DNA from: an uncultured virus (IMG/VR IMGVR_UViG_3300048009_000750)
Lineage: Duplodnaviria > Heunggongvirae > Uroviricota > Caudoviricetes
IMG/VR virus record: IMGVR_UViG_3300048009_000750
Strand: one strand, 5' to 3'
DNA length: 20,000 nucleotides
Shown here: piece by piece, positions 1 to 6,912 of the stretch
How positions within the stretch are numbered: the first letter of the stretch is position 1
Layout: every line of letters begins with the position of its first letter
Position numbers and translations under genes: made by a program
Notes under the pieces: generated by a model
Told to the model about the DNA's origin: nothing
The model's database searches: none
Seen by the model: only the letters and a program-made list of their open reading frames with translations

Positions 1-1530
1 TAGTCTATGTGTAATAGTAACTCTATTTTGACTATCTACAGTTGCTGAAACATTAACTAAACCTAAGTTGTTTACTGCTTCTGCCATTAAATCTGCATCT
101 CCAATTGCACCTGTTGCTGTAAACGTTGCTGTTACAGGCGCAGTCATTGTAGCATTGCCTTTTAATGATTCACTTACAGTAAATGTTTTTGCACCTGAGC
201 CAAATGTAGTTCCGATAATTTTTTCTGATGTAACATTTGTTGCACCAGATGAGGCTCTATAATATACATAATATGATGCTAATTCTGGAGTATCATTAGC
301 AGCATTATATTTTACATACAATGAATTAGATGCTAAATTTGCACCACCACCTGAATTATCTAGCTTTTGTATAGCTGTTGCATTATCAGTATAAATTGGT
401 GAAGATGTTAAATCCCAAGTTTCTGTAGAACCATTCCATCTACGTACTTTCCAATTTGCTCCTAAATTTGGTTCTGTAGTTTTAACCCACAAGCTTCCTG
501 TTGGTCTAGGATTTGTATCTCCTGACTTGTATTCTGGAACACTTGTATGCGGTGCAATAGTTAATGCAGTGGTATAATATGTAGCTGCTGTTACGCCTAC
601 ATCTGCTAATGGAGTACCTGTACCGTCTGCAATTACTATATAGTCTCTTCCACTACCGTCGTTGTAAATTTCTAGTTTGTTATCAACAACTGCTGCTGTA
701 ATGCCTGTAATACCTGCACCGGTAATATCAGATGCCAAAGATGTAAGTGTTGTACCTGAGGTTGTAATAGTAACAGGTACTCCACTTATATCAATAGTAA
801 GTGTTTCACCTGTGCCAGTTGTGCCCCCGGCTGTACTTGTAACTGATGGCCAACTTTTCTTCCAAGCTGCACTACCTACTTCTACCCACGCTCCGCTTTT
901 ATTTTTGTAATATGTTTTTAATGTTGTGCTTGTAGCTCTAACCGCATAATCACCAACTACACCAACTGACCCTTTTGGTGCGCCTGTTGCGCTTCCGCCT
1001 ACTAGCTGCGTAACATCTGTAATTACAATAGGTGTTTTATTTCCAAACGTTTGTCCACCTGTAGTTGTAATTGCTGATGAATTCCATTCTTGAATACCAA
1101 ACAACGATGTTTGTGTATCCAACCACCAAGTTCCATCTGCTGGATTTGCAGTAGTTGGAGTTGCACTTGCTGATATATTTGATAAGTCAACATCACCTCT
1201 TACGATATATGCTCTGTTACTTACACCTAAATACGAGTAAGCAGCTTGTAAACCGTATTCGTTTTGTTCGCCACCGTGTATTGGATTATTATTTGAATCA
1301 GTGTAAAACGATGGATCCCCAAACGTTTCTACCAAATCTCTTTGAGATGTCATCAAATACACTTTACCAGCATTTGCTTTTGTTGTACCTGGGGCAATAC
1401 CGGTTCCTGCTCCATTTAATTTGTCTTGAGCAGTTGCTACAAAGATAATAGGTGTTGTGCCTGGTTCAGCTGGAGTATAGAAACTCTCGTCAATTACGCT
1501 AACCTGTACACCTGGTGATGTTAAAGCCAT
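1..1530 (-). CDS. gp18: Contractile tail sheath protein (T4 gp18-like), 5' portion of 510 codons, continues past the left edge
   Basis: Not in the ORF track because there is no stop in the window. Manual translation from ATG at 1530 gives MALTSPGVQVSVIDESFYTPAEPGTTPIIFVATAQDK...TSQRDLVETFGDP...NEYGLQAAYSYLGVSNRAYIVRGD. The SPGV.V...D.S start, the FG.P motif and the A.SYL....YIVR motif are typical of sheath N-termini. AGGAG SD at 1542-1538. Frame is open to base 1. Confidence 0.9.
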   Translation of the reverse strand, partial: MALTSPGVQVSVIDESFYTPAEPGTTPIIFVATAQDKLNGAGTGIAPGTTKANAGKVYLMTSQRDLVETFGDPSFYTDSNNNPIHGGEQNEYGLQAAYSYLGVSNRAYIVRGDVDLSNISASATPTTANPADGTWWLDTQTSLFGIQEWNSSAITTTGGQTFGNKTPIVITDVTQLVGGSATGAPKGSVGVVGDYAVRATSTTLKTYYKNKSGAWVEVGSAAWKKSWPSVTSTAGGTTGTGETLTIDISGVPVTITTSGTTLTSLASDITGAGITGITAAVVDNKLEIYNDGSGRDYIVIADGTGTPLADVGVTAATYYTTALTIAPHTSVPEYKSGDTNPRPTGSLWVKTTEPNLGANWKVRRWNGSTETWDLTSSPIYTDNATAIQKLDNSGGGANLASNSLYVKYNAANDTPELASYYVYYRASSGATNVTSEKIIGTTFGSGAKTFTVSESLKGNATMTAPVTATFTATGAIGDADLMAEAVNNLGLVNVSATVDSQNRVTITHRL

Positions 1531-1566
1531 TTTAATTCTCCTATGGGTCAATTTCTTTATTACTAT

Positions 1567-1574
1567 TATTTAGC
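1567..1574 (-). promoter_or_regulatory. Putative T4-like late promoter (GCTAAATA) for the sheath gene
   Basis: TAAATA core on the minus strand about 36 nt upstream of the sheath ATG. It resembles the T4 late consensus TATAAATA, and the same core precedes gp13 and gp14. Confidence 0.55.
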
Positions 1575-1625
1575 TGATTTGGTGAAATTCTAAGGTTTAT
1601 AACAAGTAATACACGCATTTTTCTG

Positions 1626-1654
1626 TTGACTTTTTTTAAAAAATACACTATTAT
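1626..1654 (+). promoter_or_regulatory. Sigma70-type (early) promoter
   Basis: TTGACT (1626-1631), 17-nt spacer, TATTAT (1649-1654), then AAGGA SD (1663-1667) and ATG at 1674. Confidence 0.75.
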
Positions 1655-1673
1655 AAAAAGAAAAGGATTGCTT

Positions 1674-1949
1674 ATGGATATAAACTACAAATTTGACGAA
1701 AACAAATATATTGAAGAATTCTCGAAGTACATTGATAAAACGTATAACGGACATTATAGTACAAATAAGTTTCAGTCAACTGAGGTTATAATTGATAGAG
1801 GACACGGCACAGGATTTTGTATGGGCAATGTTGACAAGTATGCAAATAGATATGGTAAAAAAGGCACAAAAGACGATGCCAGAAAAGACTTAATGAAAAT
1901 TTTACATTATGCTTTAATTCAATTATACGTTCACGACAACGACCTTTGA
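1674..1949 (+). CDS. DUF3310-like small phage protein (putative nucleotide kinase-like), 91 aa
   Basis: Motifs HY, GFCMGNVDKYANRYGKK and KDLMKILHYA match the DUF3310 pattern. Start moved from the track's TTG at 1626, which is the -35 box, to the ATG at 1674 that has an SD. Confidence 0.75.
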   Translation: MDINYKFDENKYIEEFSKYIDKTYNGHYSTNKFQSTEVIIDRGHGTGFCMGNVDKYANRYGKKGTKDDARKDLMKILHYALIQLYVHDNDL

Positions 1950-2758
1950 TTCTCAATAAACGTACAAAATCTATCTGCCCAATGTTTATGTGCTGCCTCT
2001 AGTGGATGAGATCGCGGACCACATTTATATCCCCTTTTTACTGACCAATCATTAAAGCCTAAATTGTCCTCTGTGTGTATTATGTTATCTAGATTCAAAC
2101 GTTTTACCATACTATCTATAAAAATATTAGATTCTCTTTCGTAATTTACATACCTGTTGAAATCGTCAAAAGCACTTGTAAAGTAAAATTTTACACCTTG
2201 TAAATTTAAATAACTCATCAAGTATTCTATTTGTTGTAAAGGATAATATATTATGTTTGTATTATCAGCACGTTTCCTATAAAAATCTAGCACTGTTCTT
2301 TTGAGATGTTCGTCATTTATTAAATCTTTACGTTGTTTTACTGTTTCAGATTTCCAGTTAAGATAACCTTCTGCATCCGAGGGTAAAGAACACCAAAATT
2401 TATCTTCGTCATCTTCAAAAAATGGAATTTTATCTTTTGGTAAAATACGAAGATATTCTCTACGCAAAAAACTAGTCCACATTACTACAACAACAATTTC
2501 TTGTGGTTGGTATGATTTTAATAAATTGTCTATGTGGAATACTACTCTTCTAACACAACTACCAAAATCACTTCCTGGCATAGCTACATTATCAACTACT
2601 GCATTTGTATATAATTTTCTTTGCACCCAATGTGCCCAAGTAGATTCACCTTTAAATCTTATACATCCTGAAAAAGGCCAAATAGGACTATGATCAGCTA
2701 ATTCTGCTCCAGCTGTAAAACTACATCCACCTGCAACAACTTTTTTTATGTCATCCAA
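1931..2758 (-). CDS. SGNH/GDSL-like hydrolase (esterase or acyltransferase fold), 275 aa
   Basis: Block I-like VVAGGCSFTAG, block II-like NVAMPGS, strand VVVVMWT, and C-terminal SHPLEAAHKHWA (block V HP...H). TTG start overlaps the gp13 stop. Confidence 0.7.
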   Translation of the reverse strand: MDDIKKVVAGGCSFTAGAELADHSPIWPFSGCIRFKGESTWAHWVQRKLYTNAVVDNVAMPGSDFGSCVRRVVFHIDNLLKSYQPQEIVVVVMWTSFLRREYLRILPKDKIPFFEDDEDKFWCSLPSDAEGYLNWKSETVKQRKDLINDEHLKRTVLDFYRKRADNTNIIYYPLQQIEYLMSYLNLQGVKFYFTSAFDDFNRYVNYERESNIFIDSMVKRLNLDNIIHTEDNLGFNDWSVKRGYKCGPRSHPLEAAHKHWADRFCTFIENQRSLS

Positions 2759-3518
2759 TTAGAAAGCCATAACCTGTGCCACCAGCAACAGCCATTGAAA
2801 GATCCATTTCAAGTTTTTCCATTTCGGCCTGCGCTTCTGCTTTTAGACTATCTCCATTAAGAGTGGTGCCCCCGCCTGGACCGGCAATAGTTGAAAATTT
2901 ACTTCTTGCTTCACCAAGCATATGTTTACAACTTGCTAATGTATAATCTTTCAACCATTGTATTGCTTTGTAATCTTTCAATAGTTGCATATCAGGACGA
3001 TAATTGTATGCAAAAAGTAAAACTTCTTCGTCAGCTCTTGGTCTTTGTAAAATAGTTAGCACAGAGGTAGCAGGATTCCATTTAAACTCCATAAAGCTAC
3101 CAAACATTCTTCCTACTAGTTCTTGTTGTTGAGCAAACAAATCATATGTAGCAAGGCCTCCAATTCCGGAACCTGCTAACAAATATGTATTTGTATAGGC
3201 TAAGTTAAATGGTTCAAATAAACTTCCGCCGTCAGCACTTCCGCCTAATCTGCTGCCAACACTACGCCTATATATTTTTCTTACTTCTATAACTTCTTGA
3301 GGAAGGGTATAAGTATTTTGATCTTGTGCTAGTTTTACAGTGATATAACTTTCTTCTACAGCATTTTCACTACGTTGCCTATACTTTGTTAATGATTTTA
3401 ACAATGCAGCTTCATAATGCATCGGATCAAGTTCAACATCGACCATACCTCCGCCTAAAAATGCGTTTACATAATCAAATACTTGTTGTTTTTGTGTTAC
3501 TAAATTGCTATCTGCCAT
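2751..3518 (-). CDS. gp13: Neck / head-tail adaptor protein (T4 gp13-like), 255 aa
   Basis: N-terminal LGGGMVDVELD and C-terminal WLKDYTLA..K..LGEARSKF....GPGGGTTLNGDSLKAEA..E...LE pattern of gp13-family proteins. GGAG SD at 3529-3526. Adjacent to gp14- and gp15-like genes. Confidence 0.85.
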   Translation of the reverse strand: MADSNLVTQKQQVFDYVNAFLGGGMVDVELDPMHYEAALLKSLTKYRQRSENAVEESYITVKLAQDQNTYTLPQEVIEVRKIYRRSVGSRLGGSADGGSLFEPFNLAYTNTYLLAGSGIGGLATYDLFAQQQELVGRMFGSFMEFKWNPATSVLTILQRPRADEEVLLFAYNYRPDMQLLKDYKAIQWLKDYTLASCKHMLGEARSKFSTIAGPGGGTTLNGDSLKAEAQAEMEKLEMDLSMAVAGGTGYGFLIG

Positions 3519-3532
3519 TGAAGTTCTCCATA

Positions 3533-3553
3533 TATATTTATCGCATAAATATA
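3533..3553. promoter_or_regulatory. Back-to-back late promoters forming a perfect 9-bp inverted repeat
   Basis: TATATTTAT-cgc-ATAAATATA in the 38-bp gap between divergent gp13 and gp14. Each strand reads ATAAATA toward its gene. Confidence 0.7.
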
Positions 3554-3556
3554 ACT

Positions 3557-4714
3557 ATGCCACGTTTAAGTTTATACAGACCAGAAAAAAGTCACGATTA
3601 CGATTTCCTAGATAAAATTATCTATGAACAATTTACTGTAGGCGGTACAGATCTTTTTATTCACAAATACATTGGAACAAAAAATCCTACAGGTGACAAT
3701 ATTACAAAAGAACAGCCGCAATACGCTGAACAAGATGTAACAAACATACAAGATTTACTTTTCTTAGAAAATAGAGATAGAAAATACGACGAAGATATTT
3801 ACACACTGCGTGGACATTACAATGTACAAGATCAAGATTTTGATTTAAGTCAATTTGGTTTGTTTTTACAAAACGATACATTGTTCTTAACAATACATTT
3901 AAATAGTAGTGTTAAAACTTTAGGCAGAAAAATTATAAGCGGAGATGTTATTGAATTACCGCATTTAAATGATGAATATGCGTTAAATGATTTAAGTGTA
4001 TCGTTAAAAAGATTCTATGTTGTAGAAGATGTAAATCGTGCAGCTGAAGGATTCAGTCAAACTTGGTATCCTCACCTGTATAGATTAAAGTTAAAACAAA
4101 TTTATGATAGTCAAGAATACAAAGATATACTTGATTTACCAGCAGGCGATGAAGAGAATCCTAATACAACGCTACGTGAGTTGATGTCAACATATGAAAA
4201 AGAAATGCAAATCAATAATGCTGTAATTGCTCAAGCAGAAGAGAATACTCCAGCATCAGGATATGATACCAGCCATTTTTATACTATTAGCGTATTAGCA
4301 AATGGCGAAGTTAATTTGGTTACAGCAGATGAGGAGTTCCTAGTAGATCAAGAAGTTGATGTTAGTCAACTTGTAGAAAATCCTCCAAGATCGGGATATC
4401 CTGGTTACTTAGTAGGCGACGGGCTACCGCCAAATGGTGCTCCACTAGGAAGTGGTGTAGGATTTCCTAGTAATTCAGCATTAGGTGATTATTTTTTAAG
4501 AACGGATTTTATTCCTAATCGTTTGTTTCGATATGATGGAAATAGCTGGCGCAAGGTAGAAGACAAAGTACGCACTACACTTACACCTAATATAGAACGT
4601 AATACTCTAAAAGGAACATTTATTAACAACACTGCTGTAAATAACATTGCTGGAGAAGAAGTTATCGAAAGACAAAGTTTAAGTAAGGCACTAAAACCTA
4701 AGGCGGACAATTAA
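3557..4714 (+). CDS. gp14: Neck / head closure protein (T4 gp14-like) with C-terminal extension, 385 aa
   Basis: ATG at 3557 (MPRLSLYRPEK). Contains IQDLLFLENRDRKY, DFDLSQFGLFLQNDTLFLTIH and GDVIELPHL, comparable to the gp14 SKFG...D and GDLIYFP motifs. Lies between gp13- and gp15-like genes. The track's start at 3386 overlaps gp13 and is unlikely. Confidence 0.75.
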   Translation: MPRLSLYRPEKSHDYDFLDKIIYEQFTVGGTDLFIHKYIGTKNPTGDNITKEQPQYAEQDVTNIQDLLFLENRDRKYDEDIYTLRGHYNVQDQDFDLSQFGLFLQNDTLFLTIHLNSSVKTLGRKIISGDVIELPHLNDEYALNDLSVSLKRFYVVEDVNRAAEGFSQTWYPHLYRLKLKQIYDSQEYKDILDLPAGDEENPNTTLRELMSTYEKEMQINNAVIAQAEENTPASGYDTSHFYTISVLANGEVNLVTADEEFLVDQEVDVSQLVENPPRSGYPGYLVGDGLPPNGAPLGSGVGFPSNSALGDYFLRTDFIPNRLFRYDGNSWRKVEDKVRTTLTPNIERNTLKGTFINNTAVNNIAGEEVIERQSLSKALKPKADN

Positions 4715-6447
4715 TGCAATATTTTTATGACGGACAGATACGTAGATATCTTACACAAATTATTAGAGCTTTTAGTAATTTTAGTTATAAAGACGGCGAC
4801 GGAGATTTGCGTGTAGTACCTGTAACATATGGAGATTTGACACGTCAAGTTTCAAATATAATTAGAGAAAACAGCGAAAATAAATTACCAAGTGCTCCTA
4901 GAATGAGTGTATACATTACTAGTATGCAAATGGATAGAGCTAGATTAAGTGATAGTAGTTTTGTTAGTAAAATAAATGTAAAAGAAAGAGATTTTGATAC
5001 TTCTGCGCAAGAATACAAAAATCAACAAGGAAAAGGTTATACTGTTGAAAGATTACATCCTACTCCATATACATTAAGTGTAAATGTTGATATTTGGAGT
5101 ACGAATACTGAACAAAAATTACAAATACTAGAACAAATTTTTATGTTATTTAATCCTGACTTAGAATTCCAAACTAATGATAATTATGTTGACTGGACAA
5201 GTTTAAGTGTTTTGCAATTAGAAAATATTAACTTTAGTAGTAGAAGTATTCCTACTGGAACAGAATCTGAAATAGATATCGCAACATTAAGCTTTATAGC
5301 TCCTGTGTATATTTCACCACCAACAAAAGTTAAGAAACTTGGTGTAATTACAGAAATAATCAACAGCGTTCTAAACTTTGATGCTGGTACTATAGAATTA
5401 GAAGGATTTAATCCTGACACAGGAGATACAACAAAAGCAGCAACAGGAACAGTTGTAATGCCAGATGGTACTGTAATAACACAACAACCTTCTACTCCTC
5501 CAGGTGCAGTAGTCGACGACAACGGACAAATTAATTATAAAAAACTTACCCCTGATGACACTCGTGCAACCATAATTAAAACTTCTCCAGATGGTAACTT
5601 AAATGTTGCAAATGTAAACACTGCAAGTTATAGGAATTTTGATATTATTGTTGAAGGTGATATTGTTAAACTAGGAAAAAATGCTGCACGTATTGGAGAA
5701 ATAAATTGGTACAATGTAATAGAAGCAGAAGCCCCTGCTAAGTATCAACCAGGTATAAGTCAGATAAGATTAAAAAGAGGCGAACTGCTTACACCTATTG
5801 TAGCAACATTTCAAATAAATGGAAATAACTCACAGGAATTAGTTTTAAATTATGACATTGACACAAAACCAAGTGATACTGTAATAACTGGTGTAACAAG
5901 TAGAGGTACAATTGATTATATTATAAATCCACGTGATTTTAATCCAAATGTTGTAAAAGCAGACGGTATAAGGCTTTTATTATTACAACCCATTGGTGGT
6001 GCAATTGAAAGAATTTATACAGTTACAGGTAGCACAACAAGAATAGAAACCGAAGTAGATGCAGATGTAGTTTATGATTTTGATGTATTTGTAGAAAATA
6101 CTAGAGTTACAGATGCTGCTACACAAGAAACAATTGACGGATCGTTGGTAATTAGATTATCAGACGCTCCTAGACCCGGTGATGAAGTAAGATATGTTTT
6201 ATATATAAATGAAGACGGTGCCGATGCTTGGAAGAGCACAAGTAGCAGAGACTTTATTGCTGATACACACGACATAGTGGAATGGGACGGATCTCAGTGG
6301 AATATAATATTTGATGCTAGTGAATCTACTAATCCAGTTTATATTACAAACTTAAATACAGATCAACAATTTTACTACAATCAATATTATTGGCAATATG
6401 CAATTGACGGATTATATCCAAGAGGCGCTTGGGATTTAATTATATAA
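4714..6447 (+). CDS. gp15: Tail sheath terminator / tail completion protein (T4 gp15-like) with long C-terminal extension, 577 aa
   Basis: MQYFYDGQIRRY...F, VPVTYG, PRMS and PTPYTLSVNVDIWSTNTEQKLQILEQIFMLFNP match gp15-family motifs. TAATG stop-start coupling with gp14 at 4712-4716. Confidence 0.85.
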   Translation: MQYFYDGQIRRYLTQIIRAFSNFSYKDGDGDLRVVPVTYGDLTRQVSNIIRENSENKLPSAPRMSVYITSMQMDRARLSDSSFVSKINVKERDFDTSAQEYKNQQGKGYTVERLHPTPYTLSVNVDIWSTNTEQKLQILEQIFMLFNPDLEFQTNDNYVDWTSLSVLQLENINFSSRSIPTGTESEIDIATLSFIAPVYISPPTKVKKLGVITEIINSVLNFDAGTIELEGFNPDTGDTTKAATGTVVMPDGTVITQQPSTPPGAVVDDNGQINYKKLTPDDTRATIIKTSPDGNLNVANVNTASYRNFDIIVEGDIVKLGKNAARIGEINWYNVIEAEAPAKYQPGISQIRLKRGELLTPIVATFQINGNNSQELVLNYDIDTKPSDTVITGVTSRGTIDYIINPRDFNPNVVKADGIRLLLLQPIGGAIERIYTVTGSTTRIETEVDADVVYDFDVFVENTRVTDAATQETIDGSLVIRLSDAPRPGDEVRYVLYINEDGADAWKSTSSRDFIADTHDIVEWDGSQWNIIFDASESTNPVYITNLNTDQQFYYNQYYWQYAIDGLYPRGAWDLII

Positions 6448-6459
6448 AATAATTACTAT

Positions 6460-6912
6460 ATGAACCAGATAATTTGTAGTGGTGCTTTATTTTATTCTTT
6501 AAGTACCAAACGTTTTTTGCTATTACATCGTACACAAAGTAAAACAAAAAATCAGTGGGGACTTGTAGGCGGTACTAACGAAAGTTCAGAATCTCCTTGG
6601 GAAGCATTACAACGAGAAATAAAAGAAGAAATTGGTACAATAACAGATATAAAAAAAGTTGTTCCTTTGGAAAGTTTTATATCTAATGACCAACATTTTT
6701 ATTTTCATACATATCTTTGTGTAGTTGACAAAGAATTTTTGCCTTTATTGAATAACGAACACGATGGCTATGCGTGGGTAAGTTTTGGTAAATGGCCTAA
6801 GCCGCTGCACAACGGACTTGCTAATACACTGCGTAAAAAAATAAACGCCACAAAGCTGGAAACTACAATTAAACTAATTGATGTTTTTTTCGATAATGAA
6901 ATAGTTGATTAA
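6460..6912 (+). CDS. Nudix hydrolase, 150 aa
   Basis: Complete Nudix box G-x5-E-x7-REUxEExG: GTNESSESPWEALQREIKEEIG. Also FLLLHR, WGLVGG and LNNEHDGYAWV. Confidence 0.92.
   Translation: MNQIICSGALFYSLSTKRFLLLHRTQSKTKNQWGLVGGTNESSESPWEALQREIKEEIGTITDIKKVVPLESFISNDQHFYFHTYLCVVDKEFLPLLNNEHDGYAWVSFGKWPKPLHNGLANTLRKKINATKLETTIKLIDVFFDNEIVD

Noticed and set aside
68..1448. Plus-strand ORFs 68-262, 677-910 and 1155-1448
   Set aside because: They are antisense shadows of the sheath gene, which occupies 1-1530 on the minus strand. They show no recognisable motifs.
1531..1673. tRNA or structured ncRNA in the largest intergenic gaps (also 11320-11408)
   Set aside because: No cloverleaf or extended pairing was seen. 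The space is explained by promoters, SD sites and one hairpin.
2747..2754. ATGA-coupled ATG start for the SGNH gene at the gp13 stop
   Set aside because: That ATG reads ATG ACA TAA, a two-codon frame. The long frame needs the TTG at 2758, so no frameshift or pseudogene is called.
3386..3556. N-terminal 57-aa extension of gp14 in the ORF track
   Set aside because: It overlaps gp13 on the other strand and spans the promoter palindrome. ATG 3557 is the plausible start.
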